Assembly: GCA_965644265.1 (NCBI GenBank)
Contig: OZ286474.1
Span: forward strand, 78,058,001 to 78,122,000
DNA: 64,000 nucleotides
DNA from: Glycera tridactyla
Taxonomy: Eukaryota
Direction: 5' to 3'
The notes beneath the pieces are model-generated. The model saw only the letters and a program-made list of their open reading frames with translations, searched no databases and had not been told where the DNA came from. Position numbers and translations under genes: made by a program. Positions 1-14,771 of the stretch are shown here, piece by piece (positions within the stretch are counted from its first letter, which is position 1; each line of letters begins with the position of its first letter).

Positions 1-1964
1 GCAGGAATGTTTCACCCTTCATCTTTGCTCCTCCTCGGCAGGTGGTCTGATTTAGCCTACTGACGTGCAGAAAATGGACCTAAAACCTTAACATTTAATT
101 TTACCCCACTTCTACGATTGTCAAACTGACTGATTTAGCCCTCCGCTGTTTCCTTCAGTAGGCTGTGACACCAAGAGAAAGGGGACAGCCATTATCGTGT
201 GCCTATGCTGATTTAGAGGGTCCGTATAGAAACCGATATTGGCCAGGGATTGACCAGTACAGCAACACAGACACACGGACTCAGGGGTTTTGCATTAACT
301 ACGAATATCAAATCGGCGCAGATAGCCATGTGATGCTATACGATAACTCAAAAACATTCTCGCAAAGCTCCTTGTGAGAAGAAGTCAAAATAGGTCCAAA
401 AACGCATACAAAGGTAAAGACCAGGAAAAAGTAAGCAGAAATCGAACAGCTGAAGGGATGTACGAATACATGAATCATTATCAATATATTAATAAACAGA
501 TTGATAGAGGAGTGAATACATAGATGAATCTATAAATAATCATTGATGAATAGATAAAGAATAAGAATAAGAATAAGAATCATGTGGAGAGGTCACCTCT
601 GGAGACATAACCAGTAACAGTACAAAGAACAGTGGAACAAATCGTAGATAATACAGATAAATTACTGTCAGGTAATTGCATGAGTAGCGTAAGCAAGAAA
701 CAGTACACTACAGGTAGGATGTAATAAATGGATGGATGAATGAATGAATGATCGGAAGAGTGGATGAATTATTTGATTAGTTACTTATTGATTTGTTCAA
801 TTCCTGATGCCTGAATGGAAGTGGTTCAAACCTGAGGGAGAAAGAGTCGGTGTGGATACGGTAGGGATTATTGGCTGACAAAGATGGCCGGCAAAAAGGC
901 GGTAAATCAGGCCAATCTCGGTGTTGACAAGAGATGTCAGTGTGGACTGTGAAGCGCTGCCTGGCGGCAAATGTGTGCATCGCACTATTTGTCCGAGGTT
1001 TTGTGCCGCGATCGCACAACATTACACTAATGGATGCTTGCTAAACGCCCTCAATCTAGTAAGTAGCTTGCACCTGGTCTAGCACGCCTCAAACACGAAC
1101 TTTACCTGACCACACGGAAGCCTCGGGAAATGGAAGTTACAGTGTAATCGCTGTGATTTGTCAAACCTCTTCACCATCTAATTGGTGCCATCTTTTCCGA
1201 CGGTCGATTGCATGCATTTCTGTATATCGAATATTGCTCTATTCGAGCTCTGTAGATGAGAATGATGGGTATATTTCCATGATTTCCATACATTTTCTCT
1301 TCCTGTTGAGGATCTAGAATGAAGATTCTGGTATTCTTTTCCGGTGTCTTTTGCATGGGCGTTTCATCACCCTCGATATTGTCCTTGTGGTATACACTCA
1401 TGTTATTCGGAAATAAGAAAAACAGTGACGCATCTGTGATTTCCAGACATCTTCACTCCCCCCCCCCCCCCAGTATCATCACTTTGGTGGTCTCTGCATG
1501 GACATTTCAACGTGGCCAATGAAGCCCTCATGGTCCATATTGACGTTCCTGGAGATGATGAGGGCAGTGAGGTATTATTGAATTCACAATATGGAATACT
1601 CATCCGGGCAGGAGACCGTGTATTCCCGATCTATGGCACTCCATGATGTGTCCCCTGCAGGCATCCCTCACACGACTACGAGATGAAGGCAAGCAGACAG
1701 GTTTGTCAGGTGAATGTTGCTGGCACTCCAGGCTCGCGTCTATACATGTCACAAATAGGTGATATCACTACAGATGGTCTAACTACGTATCTAGGTCAAT
1801 ACTGACGCATCCAAGCATGAGGTCGCAAATATGTTTTGTGTTGCGCAATATCTGGCCGGCGCCGGGTTTCATATTTCTGCCTATTGACCACCGAGGAAAG
1901 TGGCGCATCATGGCCATTAGTGCGATATAAACGTCAACGTTCGCTATTTCAGATGATGCTGTAT

Positions 1965-2630
1965 ATGTTGCTACTACTGCACTTGCTACTTGTTGCCACT
2001 ATTTATGCAGCTGCTGCTACTGAAACCATCACGCTCCCGCAGCTGCAACCACTGCCCATGCTGCTATCACTGCCCATGCTGCTACCACTGCCCATGCTCC
2101 TACTATTATTCTTGCTATTGCTACTGCTCATATTGCCACCACTAGTTATGCCGGTGCCACCACCCGTTTTGCTACAACTAGTCTTGCAATTGCTACTACT
2201 CATATAGAAACTACTTTCCATGCTGGTACTACTACCCGAGCTGCTACTGCTATTCTTGCTATCGCTTCTGCTTCACTATACCACTATTTATGCCAGTGTC
2301 ACCAGCCCTGTCGCTACTACTTGTCTTGCTGTTGCTACTGCTCAAATTGCTACTACTATTATGGCCAGTACTACAACCCATGCTGCTCCTCTGAGTATTA
2401 TTGTTGCTACTGCTCACGTCGCTACTACTATTTATGCTGCTACCACCACCCATGTTGCTATGACTAGTCTTGCTATTGCTACTACTCATATTGTTATCAC
2501 TTTCCATGCTGGTACTACTACCCAGGCTGCTACTGCTATTCTTGCTATTACTTCTGCTCATATCGTTATACCACTATTCATGCCGGTGTCACCACCCACG
2601 CTGCTACAACCCATATCGCTACTACTGTTA
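1965..2630. repeat. Degenerate ~72-bp minisatellite built on GCT/ACT triplets
   Basis: Anchor motif C(C/T)ACTA(T/G)TTATGC / ACTACTTTCCATGC at 1996, 2139, 2210, 2281, 2353, 2425, 2496 and 2571. Confidence 0.75.
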
Positions 2631-3159
2631 TTACACCTATTCACACTGTCATCGCCAATGCCGACTTGAAGAGAAGAGACCAATAAGTGTGATGATGATC
2701 ATGGTATGACTTGATTGCTATCGGAGGAGTCGAATGATGCTTCTTTATTTGTTTATGCCTAGCAGGAGAAGCTGAGATGTGGGAGATGGCAATGGCAGTA
2801 ACACGCTGCTGACATAGTCCCCCGGCGGAGGATTAGTGGGGCCCGTATTAAGACCGGATTTAGGTCCACATCAGCAAATAGGTGATGACGTGTCGATGGA
2901 TTAGCTGCAATGGGTCGGCGTAAGCTTGGCCTATATAGATGCTTTCATGGAGACAAATTGACAGTAGATGCCCCACAGGGACAGAATCCACGATCATTTT
3001 CTACTATTTCAAATTGATATATAATCATTCTTCGTTCGGAAAGTGGTCTCTGATCATCGGCGACCGTGAAACCACATTGCCTTCATTTCGTTATGAAAAA
3101 GAACACTCATTTGTCCCGCATTTACGGACGTCGATTCCGTATATGAAATGTATCGCATG

Positions 3160-3270
3160 AATAGTACTAGCAACACAATGAGTCATATTAGCGGCAGTAG
3201 CAGCAGCATGACTAGTGGTAGCAGCATGGAAAGTAGTTCCAGTTACACGAATATGCGTAGTAGCTTGATT
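3160..3270 (-). repeat. Inverted fragment of the 72-bp minisatellite
   Basis: The reverse complement contains AACTACTTTCCATGCTGCTACCACTAGTCATGCTGCTGCTACTGC, matching the units at 2210 and 2496. Confidence 0.6.
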
Positions 3271-3989
3271 TGCTCTCAAAAATCTTCAGATAATCATGAA
3301 AGTCAACCAGCACTCAAAATGATCAGCATGCTTTCATTATGTGTCACATTCACCATGTTGCACTTTGCTTCTTGTTGTCACTGTATATGTTTTATATCTG
3401 GCCTTTTGATATGGAATACGTTTCTTGAGAGTACTATAAGGAATTGAAAAATTCTTCTCGCTTCAAAGAAGAGCGTACTTTCTAATACCGCATGTATAAC
3501 CCTAAATTGTCCATACGTTAAGGAGAATGTCTGATCTCCAAATGATTGATATAGGTGATCAAGATCAGCGTAGCTTGGAATACTTGCGAGGCTGTTCGGA
3601 AGAGGGTACATTCTCACTGACATATCATTATGGATGATTGTTTCGTCATCCATTTAGGAAGGCTTATCTAACCCCGTGACTTACGAATGATAAGTCTCTT
3701 CATCATCTGACATGCAAACAGACTTATGTCTTATCATCCGATCATATATCTAGCGTGTATGTGATCGCCACTTACCTTCCACGTTCGTTGCCGGCACATA
3801 TCCCGAGAACAGATTGCACATGTGGTTGTCTGAAGCTGGACTGAAATCTCTGGTCACGTGATGTGTTTGTGCCAACGCTATTGTGACATATAACAATCAT
3901 TCGCCATTGAGCGATCGAGGTCAAGGGTCAAATGTAGTGCTGTGACGTGAAGTTTGAAGTGACGTGCCTATCATACTTCGGAAGGCCTT

Positions 3990-4280
3990 CAGATGTTGAA
4001 TTTGATTTTTAAAATAGAAATATCAGATGATAAATATAGAATGTCATCCATGCCGCGACGGACAGGCCTACCCGAGGCATGCAAACCCAGTAGATCCAGT
4101 CGGCTCATCCCAGAAATACTCCACAATTGCCCTTTCGGCTTGACGGAATTAACCAATTCAAAATCGGTACATTTGTTCAAAACCATTTTCTCACACAAAC
4201 TAGAGATGATATATGGTTTGGTTAGGATGATATGAGTGCGTTTAGATGCAGATCTACTTTCGATTCTATTCATACAGTCA
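3990..4280 (-). pseudogene. Decayed RTE-clade LINE 3' end
   Basis: Translation ELVNSVKPKGQLWSISGMSRLD...SGRPVRRGMDDI resembles the RTE C-terminus (LL.TVK.RKL.W.GH..R...GRP.RRW.DDI). Similarity judged by eye only. Confidence 0.4.
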
Positions 4281-7200
4281 TTTGATTCAGTCCGTATTTA
4301 CAGATGTATTATGCCACTCACTGACGTGTGATGCTTCTCACTGACATGTGTCGTTCTTACAATCAATTGCAGCTGTCTCTATCATCACAGATTTGGACGT
4401 GTTTCAGACAAAAGGCACGTGTTTTTACTTTCATTGATAATTAGTCGCCTCAGGATATAATTACGCCATCATTGTCGCTGACTTCAGATGAAGAGGACTA
4501 CGCTCCTCCTCCTCCGCATCTCGAGGGAGATGTCATCATCCTTATAAATCGAGCTAGCAGTGAATGAAGGTTGGAAAACAGTCGAATAGCTTGTCATCCC
4601 ATCAAATTGCCAACTGATCGACAGTATTGTGAGAATGTAGGATCATTCTTATGTTGGTGTGACAGAAGCAAATCCGTAATCTGAATTCCTGCATGAAAAT
4701 ATATACAATAGGAGGGAGGTTCTAAGCAAATTGATTCGAGAGCGAACCACCAGCAATCACGACCCATCTAGTGGTGTGAGTCGAGGCGATTTGCCCACCT
4801 TGCATCTATTTGTATATGATATCAATGTAGAACACAGATTTCCAGTTTCATAATAACTGCACTTCAGTACCTAGATGTTGACTCATGAAGAGAATTGGGT
4901 GAACACCATTCAAGCCTGTGGTGAGAAACCCGGATATTCAGCTATATGTTTTCTCAATAGACATGCATTGATATAGTGTCTTTCACCAATAGCAGGGTGA
5001 TGAATCAGGTATTCCCATATCAAACATGGCCAAATAGTGAATTCAGTTATTGTCTCTGAGAGGTTGATAGGCACATTGGTGGAGCATTTCCCGTATCTGA
5101 TAGCATCTCCTTGTTTGAGGTTTCGAACCTCGCTACATGTGTATGCCATCGATTGGTTCAACAGTCGAAAATATTTCGAAAACATTTCTAGTTTTTCATC
5201 ATCTTGAGCTCGGAGTTTGTGAGTATGATGCTTTGTGAGAGGGAATCCGAGCACCTATCCTCGATTGACAAAGAACATGCACGACAAACATAATCCTCTG
5301 GGTCAATATTTGACGATGAACTGTGAATACGTACATGTGTGACAATGTATATGTGCAATATATTCCAGTGAGCCATATGCTCCTGAGCTTTCCCGAATGC
5401 TTTGATTTCCTTTGTTGGGTCTGTTGGTTTGACAGCTTCATTTGTGCCATATCGGGACGCCCATGCGATTAGCCTGAAGGGAATCATTGAACACCCCTCC
5501 TTGTAGGTCCCTAACGCTAACAGAAGGCGAGGATATATCACAATCACAGACAGGCGAGGTGTCATTTCTGGGTTTCCAATAAGTCGCATTTTATCCCCAG
5601 GCACCCACGGGACTACCATGATGATTCCAGGGAATTTCCCGTGAATGCAATACTGGATTTATGAGCCAAATGATAGGTCCCTATACAAACATTGTGGAGC
5701 AGGCAATAATGGCATGATCTTATTTCTGAGTGACATAAACTCATCGTTGAAACAGCCGATTGACTATACATGAAATGCACCATATATCAGATGAAAAGTT
5801 TTTCCATCAAAATTGATTTTTTTTTCTCGGTTAATTCTCTCTGATGATTGCTGCAATCATTGGGAAACAGATGAAAATGGCATACTTTCGGGTAACCATT
5901 GATGCAGTCATATAACTATACTTAATACCGTGAACTGTGAATTTTGTTTGTTTGTTTGACTGGTTGACTGATCTCAGTCCAGTACCACTGTCGGAATCTG
6001 AGGGTTCTGATCTTCCCATTGCTGCTGTTGTCTAGTTATGGGTGATTGGTCTGATCTTGGCTAGGCGCAACCCTCTGCCTGTGATTGAATTTTGAACCTC
6101 CACTCTTGTGCTCGCATGTGTCTGTATGCTGAGGAGGTGTATCAGTGTAGCTGGTTTTTGTAGTCACTCGTTATAGCGCCACTGCTAACCTGGGACCATT
6201 GTTTTCAGATCTCAGGTAGGCGCTAACACCATCACCCAGCCCTGGTGGTGTGTAGCTCATGCTTGTTTCTGTGTTTAGAGCTCAACATTGGGGGGGGGGG
6301 AGACCACTGGTGTAGTCTGTAACTATCAGTGTGATGTATGGCTCACCCATACCAGTACTGCATCCTCACACGCCTGCCGTGGTCACCCATCCCACGACTA
6401 GCTGCAGCCACGGATGTTCTACATTTTGGTTGAGTGTGAAGACACTACCACTACACCACGCAGCTCTCAATTGCGTGGACGATGATGGCAGCCCTCCAAC
6501 TGGTGGCCTGTGTCTGCATCGAGCTAGTATGGTCGGTGGTTGTGAGATTAAAAAAAGGTCCGAGACAAGCCGATCGCATCTCTAATCTTGGCTAGATTAT
6601 TACACACTGCTGATACGCTGGTAGAGATTGTCTTAGATGGATTATGATGATGGGGTCTGACCCTCCTCCCCCTCTTCCACTAGCAACATCAACATCACGG
6701 CCATGACCTCCAACTGATTAAACAGTTTCTCCATCAAGCTGCACCTTTTCGGCTCCTAGATATATTTTAGATCGCCTTGCACTCTCGAACTAAGTATAGG
6801 GTCTCCTGCTAGTTAAAGGACGGGTGACGGCAACAGAAGTTTTAGTTGAGCTAGTCTATATGCAGCAGAATTAATAGACTACGGTCTGATGTCTCACTTT
6901 ACCCTTGTCATTTATTTATTGCAATTTGCTGTCAGCGCCTGGTAACTAAATTATATGTCTATTGTCTATTGTGATTGTACAAGTATGCCTAGGTCGTGAG
7001 CTACATGACAGGATCGGGCCTCCAGTGTTGAGTCCAAAACATGAGGAAAGGCACTAGCCACTCACCATCAGCTCAGTGTGACTGTCTTTCTGGTTGATAT
7101 CCACTCAAAACAACCACAGAGATGATACTCCCGACTACAATGTGGAGTATTCGGCGAGTTGGGGTCGAAATGGGCTTGTCAATGTTCATCCGATATCAGT

Positions 7201-8891
7201 AGATATCCAACTAATAGTACTGGATCTCAACGTACACGTGTTGCAGTCAGGATGATCCTTGCGGGCCACATCTGTGCAAGGAGCCAGATAATTCTCCAGG
7301 TCAATCCATGTCCCTACTGGCCCACTACAGTCAGATTCATCAGCATGATTCAGGTCACGTTGTATCAGGGAAGCAGTCACATTCCCCTCTCGCAGCTTTA
7401 GTCACAACATCCGATTCACTCCGTGAAGAGATTTCACCGAAATCTGTAGTATCCTTCGGCATAGTTGAGAGAACCACAAAAGGCCAGTTTGGGTGAAGAT
7501 TTATGGATGACCTCATATGAGACATCGAACGTGAGAGCTATGATGAATACGTCAATAATGGAAGAAACGTTGAGGCAATGGTAAATGTGGTTTGACATCT
7601 AGATCAAGCAGCGTTATGGTCGCGGATGTCACAATCTCACATCTCCCGCGAATGTCACATGATTGACGTAATCCAGAGGTCCAATACTGCAATAGATTGG
7701 AGAGGCCCCATATTCACCATTCGTGTGTATGCTTGTGAAAGTTTGCATCATGACTAACGGCATTCTCCATGTCTTTTGCGGTTGTTACTCGGCAGGAATG
7801 ACTCACTCGGGATCAGTTCTACTCTAAACGAGAGAAGTACTCAGACCATTTTCTAATTATATTCAAGTTCCATGGTATAAATTCGACAGTAGAGCTAGTA
7901 TGCCTTACAGAGAATCTGTACACTGGTATATCTGTTTGCAGTCTGAGGGCTTGGTCAGATCTAAGCTCTTCGTACTTACCTATCCGGTAATCCAATGGTG
8001 AAAATCACCCAAACTCAATTTTTTTTCAGAAGTCAGAGTAGAAGAGTGTTAAGTCAGGCGATGAAAAAGCAGTCTTGAGTGGGAATACGGATGTGGAAGA
8101 TTATCCAAAAATGAATTTACCCAAAGCATCCTTGAATCGGATGGGTATTGCACCACCCATGGTCGCATTTTGTGCATATAGGTAACTTAGCGGGGTTAAG
8201 TTGAAATATAGTGGAGGGTTAAATCATATTTCCGGTGGCACACATTGGCCAACATAACATGTGAACAAATTTGTAACTAATGAATACATTCAAAATGGTC
8301 TACAAAGGTAACCACCCGTTAGTATAGAACATTGGTAGTAGAAATTGAAAAGTGGGTAGTATGCCCTTGTACAGAGGGTGTTCACTGTGGAGAACATCAT
8401 CGTGGCCCAGGGTGGCGTTTCTGAGTTCGTTTCTGGGTACGTTGCTTTCGTACTGATGATGTCCTCCATGCAATTGCGACTGTATAAACAGATAGAGGGC
8501 GAGAAGAGAGGGAGCAAGTAGCTTAGGTTGGATCGACGTTGGTGTGATAATGATGTCAGTATGATATGTGCACATCTCTGTCTCACCACAGGGGGCATTT
8601 CTATATTAAAACAATCGGCGTCATATAACCCTTCGATAAGCAATCAGTAAATCCCAGAACCCTATCCAGCTGGCCTAATGCACATTCATATATATCTGGG
8701 CATATATTCACTGATCCAATATAGGATTAGCCCGATGGCAATATGATAGGGCAGCGCCTACAGTGAGCAGGGCGACACAAATCCGCTTTGCCTAAACGGG
8801 CCAGGGATTGGGGGTGGATCAGTGGTCGGGATGGGCCAATATCAGTTGACAGGTTGGGCCGGCGTCATCGGCTAGGCAAACCATCAGCCCC

Positions 8892-8893
<2 letters not shown>

Positions 8894-8969
<76 letters not shown>

Positions 8970-8987
8970 ACACATACACACATACAC
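8894..8987. repeat. (CA)n microsatellite
   Basis: Directly visible. Confidence 0.97.
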
Positions 8988-10434
8988 ACTCCTTATCTTC
9001 TCATAGGAATGAATCGTTTATGTCATCCTTGATATTTTTCCAGAACCCGGCATTCCTCATCAGCCACAATCTCCTGCCATCATCCCCATCTTCCTTATTC
9101 TCCCCCTCTATCGTTGATGAATCACTATAGTGTCCCTCTTTATATTTTCCAAGATTCCTACATTTCCTGCCAGCCTGAAACTCCTATCGACTTCGACGAG
9201 AATACTTACCCCATAGTTTTGACATCACAAGTGACCCACGATAGATTGGGAAATGTGGACCGGAGTTTCCCTAGTTGTCGTTCAGTCAGCAGATTGCTGT
9301 TAGATACAGGCCGTGGATGGGGACGTTATGTGCTGAGACGTCGAATCAAATGCCGTCAATGAACGTAATAATGCACCCAACCTTCGACATATCTAGATAC
9401 TGAACCTGTCTGTGAATTTTTCAACTTCACCTCACGCTTGAGAACTGGGAAGAGGAGTTTTGAAAAAACCGACCGATGCTTATTTCATGGACGTGACACA
9501 TTACCACATCTGGTGCTGACATGACTGTGAACCAAAACTGATCAACCAACCCGACCGCCGAACCAAATTGATTGCAATTTTTGCAACGGCACATCATATT
9601 TCTGTGTCAATACTTTATCGTTTGATATGCAGCCTCTTTACTTTTGTCATAGAATGTAATGCAATTATGTACTTTTTAAGAGTGAGAGATGCGTGGGTCG
9701 ATACACCTCCCGTAACAAGAAATATTCAAACGCTTCTGAAAACTGAGACAAAATTAGCGAAATGCTCAAGATAGCATTGAAAGAAACATGTCAAGGGTTG
9801 GTGTAGTGAAGGCGGGATGAGTAGGGTTAAAGTTGCTGGCATGATGCTACAGGAAGATCAAACACTCATCTTGCACGTGCGCTTGTTCCGCTACTGTTTG
9901 CTTTTCTCTGCTCGTGCATACACGAGCGTAGGATTTGTTTTCTGATGTGGCTAAAAAGCCACGTTGTTCTCGGCGGCATCGTGTTTGATGATAAACACAA
10001 ACAGGCGAATATGACTTGTGTTCACATGGCTTGTAAAAACGCAACTAGTTTGTCAGGATTGAATAGCAACAGGAGGCTGCGCATGGAATGGCACAAGATG
10101 GCACTTTCACTGAAGTATGGGTGCCATCAGAATTCCAGATGCCGTTAATTGATATGATGCTCCATACTCGGGGATACGCACCAGTCCGTAACATGCCCAT
10201 CATGGGTAGGACCAATCCCATATCTCTGTATCCTGGATTATCAGAATTGAAAAAGCAGATCAAAGATGCAAAACTCTGCATATGCTTCATGGAGATTTGT
10301 CAAATTTTATTCAGAGAAGTGTATTCGAATGAATCTCCCCTCCTTCTACCATATAATATAACAGAAAGTACATATATGTATGTATGTATGTATGTTCATA
10401 ATATTCCATATATTCATGTATCATTCATTGATTA

Positions 10435-10720
10435 AATCACTGATTAATTATTAAATTATCCAATCATCTATCCTATTCATTTATGCTCTCATTTATCTAT
10501 TCATTCACTGTCCCAATCATTATTTATTTATTCATTCATTCCTTGATTTATTCATTGATCCATTCATTCACTCATTCATGTTTACATTAATTAGTACATT
10601 CATTCACTCATTCATCAGTGGATGATTATTGATCGATTGATTTATTCATTCATTCATTCGTATATTCATTCATTTTTATCATCCATGTACTAATTCATTT
10701 ATTCATCCTTCCGTTCATTC
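10435..10720. repeat. Degenerate (ATTC)n array
   Basis: Directly visible. A similar array lies at ~11540-11680. Confidence 0.8.
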
Positions 10721-13700
10721 ACCGACCGGTCATCCATAATGATCAGGTTCAAAAGGTTACTGTGGAAATGCTTGTCGGCAGTCACTCCACCAATGAAGGT
10801 CTTTGCAAGAAAGAAGAAATACATTAGATCACAACAGTTTGTTTTTATGTGTTTTATATTTGATTCATCTCGAATATAAAAATTCCAATCAGCGAGAGAT
10901 TGGAATTACCAACGTCGGCCTGCTGTCGGCAGCTGAAAAAAAGTTTTGCATGGGATTTATCGCCTGGTGGGTGTTTTCATGTGTTTTATTGTATATGGTG
11001 CTCTAATCCAACAGTGGAATAGTTCTCTGTAGTAGTATCGGTGTTGTATGTGAATGGAAGAAAAAAGTATTGAATGCTATATATCCCGCTCCTGCATTCT
11101 CTCATTCTCGTATTTTGGAGATCATTAGCACTCTCAGATCGCCATCTAGAGATCCATACAGCAACGTATTGGGATGTATATGACAATGATTGACTCTAAG
11201 TCACAATGTGCAGTTATTGATGTAGTACCCAACAAAGGAACAATCAAATACCACCACTGAGACCAAGTCTACCATCTTCACCACCACTTACACCACCTTT
11301 CACTTCGCCTCTCGACTCTTCTTTCACTTTTTTCTTTTTCCTCAACACCACTAATCCAACGGCAACAGCGATAACGGCAACACCGTGGGCATCAACTCAT
11401 AGTAGTCATCATCTACAGGGAGCTACGCGAGGTTTTATTCATATAGGGGTATCATAGGCACATCCTACCACACTCCATAGTATGATATCATATAACCGAT
11501 ATTGCATATATGTATATATGTTCAGAATAGTTCATATAATCATTTATCATTCAATTCATTGATGATAAATTATTTTTTCATTCATTTATGCATTTGTTTA
11601 TGTATTCATCTATTGTTTTTTTTCATCCATCGATTCTTCCATATATTCATTTTTTCATTGATTTCCTTATCCATTGATTCCTCCATTACACCTACACCTC
11701 CGTCATTTTCTGCTTCAGCCCCGGCACCACCCCCCCCCCCCCTCCCCTCCCCCCCCCCATCAACCCCGACACCAGCACCGATAATATGATAATGAGCACG
11801 AGCACAACCATTACCACAACCACCGGCACAAATACCAGTACCAAAACCAGGTATACCATCACACAAGTATTACCACGTCATCCTACCGCACAAACCACCA
11901 ACTCCAGGATCACACCAGTCGAAACCGTCGACATCGATACCCTAACAAATCATTTTCGTTCTCTCATTTCTAGTCATCGACTCCTCCCTGCCCCGACATA
12001 TTCGGTATTGCAGAGGGGAATCAAATTTCTTCACGATAATACAATACAACACAAAACTTTTCATGCAAAGGATTAGAAGAAGAGGCACTCGACAACAACT
12101 GGTCACATTAGGTGTTTTCGCAAACAAACGATGAAATACAAGAATATATGAGCGAATAAATTTCCGTGCAAATTAATTTCGTAGTTTCCTACATATACAC
12201 TTACAGAGCGTTTTTACCGCTGGAATAAAAAAAAACTAGACGTTGGCTTCCAGCATTGGTATATGCCTGACGGTGTGGAATTATTTATACTGAAATGAGT
12301 CATAGAAACGCCAGTCTCCCGTCTGAAGCCATGCATAAGTAAGTGGATTGAGCCTGAACGACGACAAGCCAGAACTACCCCATCTTATATTAACACTGTA
12401 TGTAGAATGATATACGTCTCGCTCGACAGATAATTCAATCTAACAAACGCTGGCCTCTGGCTCTCTCCAACACCACCTGGAGAAGAGTTTAAACTGGATT
12501 ATAAAGCAGACTGCTCACTCGTCTTTCTCCCATTGCTAACGTATNNNNNNNNNNNNNNNNNNNNNNNNNNNNNNNNNNNNNNNNNNNNNNNNNNNNNNNN
12601 NNNNNNNNNNNNNNNNNNNNNNNNNNNNNNNNNNNNNNNNNNNNNNNNNNNNNNNNNNNNNNNNNNNNNNNNNNNNNNNNNNNNNNNNNNNNNNNNNNNN
12701 NNNNNNNNNNNNNNNNNNAATGGATGAAAGTATTTTTTGAAAGTAAAGGATTGACAGAATTGAATTCACAGCAGATTAGAGATGTGTGGTCAAGGCCAAC
12801 ACTATTCTCAGAATCATCTGAACTTCTGATATTGATTCCTTTCTCACTTGTTAGCTAGATGAGCGATGTGGAACAGAATAGATTGAATTCACAACGTCGG
12901 GGTGAGGTAATTTCTCACCATCTTCATACGAGAAATAAGAAAGTAAGAAGTGCCTACACTTAGAATGCCGGGCGCACACAGATAAGCCGAGACATCGTAA
13001 GGCCCGGATATCGTGGTTACGCATATTCTTCAACAGAAACAGGTAACTGAAAAAGGGGAAGTCCTTTCGATCAATTTCACCAGGTACGACTTGTGACTAG
13101 ACTATAGCCAGTGGTGTGAGTTGTTCCAACATGGCAATCAAATGCCTCTAGTAACATCCCCAGCTTTGAAGAGCTATCTGAAATCTGTTGGATATTTTCA
13201 TACAGAATATGTTCAGTTTTCGTCAGTTACTGCAACGACCGCACTTAATCAGAAATTCCGACCTTGAGTTCTGTTAATATAACTAGTATTTCCGGTATAC
13301 TGCCACGGTTATCCATATTATCAGTATACTATCATTATGATCATTATTACCAGTACCATCTAAATCTTCAGTTTTACCAAAAACATCATTTTTTTCAGAT
13401 TTTCGTATCATCTGGATGATTTGGTTGCAGAGTTTCCTCTCCTTTTGAACTAGTATCACCATTATCAATATCCTTAGTATTTTCAGTATGATCGATAACA
13501 CTAGCATTATCAGTATCTAGAGTGAAGTTGAATGACCAGTGATATCAATTTCATCTGTATTACCAGTAGTATTAGTATTGCCATCATTATCAATATCATC
13601 ACACGTATCATCGGCATCACCGATGTCCTAAAGATAGGTTTGAATCATTCTAAACCATGTCTGTGTGATCTTGCATGCCAGATTGAAAAGGTTTATCTTG

Positions 13701-14213
13701 ATGGATAAGGTTGCATTAGGCTGGGACAGTTCACATATCCAGAAGTTGCATAGGCTGCTTGTTGCAGATTCGAGAGCCTTGCAGGTAGTGGGGCCCGACA
13801 GGAAATAGCTGACGCAGAACACAGGCCTACTTTCGAATGCGGAGAGGTGAACACACACTATTAACCACTTCCGTACATCCAAGTCAAATCCCCGGGAATT
13901 TTACGAGTCATGAAATAACAACCTGATGTCAATATCATGATGAGGTACTCTGTCTCGCTAATTTGTGTGACCCTCGGTCTTCATTCTGTGTTCGGTTATT
14001 CGTGCGAGGCTATATCTGTGTTCATTCGCCAAGGGCATGGTTGATTCGCGGCAGGTACGGTATCATGTAGCTGATACCTAATGAATTGACAGAATTGACA
14101 ATTGTGGAAATTCGTACAGTATCTGTGATATATACAATGAGGCCGTGCAGTTACCATACGTGATGTAGAAGGGTAAACTCGTTGTGTTTGAGTGTACATG
14201 GGAGTGTTTTGGC

Positions 14214-14292
14214 TGTATGTGCGTGTGTGTGTGTATGTGTCTGTACGTGTGTGTGTGTGTGTGTGTATGTGTGTGTGTGCGCGCGTGTGTGT
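14214..14292. repeat. (TG)n microsatellite
   Basis: Directly visible, imperfect. Confidence 0.9.
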
Positions 14293-14771
14293 AATTTCGT
14301 GTTGGTTGTGTTAGTTTTGGTTCGTGATGGTGTTTTCATGTGAATGTTTAATTGTGTGGGAGGGACTGTTCGGTCGTGTGTCAGAGAGTATATACGTGAA
14401 TGTTCATGTTGGCGAGTGTGAATGTTACTTAGCATCTAGATAGGTGTGTCTGGGTTTGTGTGTAAGTATGCGGTGAAGTATTTTTATGTCAAAGTGTATG
14501 TTAGCGTATGTGTGCGTGTCTTGAACTGATGTTTGACAACATGTCCACCATGTGACATGACATGAAGTGGCTTCCTCTGAGTCCATGTTTACATTTCGCC
14601 TTCTGGTATGTTGGCATGTTCATCCACCTCATTCCAACATAGACATTCATCTGAGTTCTATATGGTCCAAATAGATGCCATGTCCATATGACCGCTGGTT
14701 TCCGCACACGACTCGCTCATGTCGAGATCTTACATAGTCAGCAAACCTTGACCATATGCGTCGTCTATATA

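Noticed and set aside
40-300. Three CTGATTTAG copies and a GGACTCAGGGG..AACTACG end suggestive of a MITE terminus
   Set aside because: The other end would lie outside the window, so it cannot be verified.
3850-3970. Cluster of E-box, DR1 (AGGTCAAGGGTCA, 3918-3930) and TGACGTG motifs; another DR1 near 36560
   Set aside because: Short motifs are expected by chance or within repeats; no associated gene.
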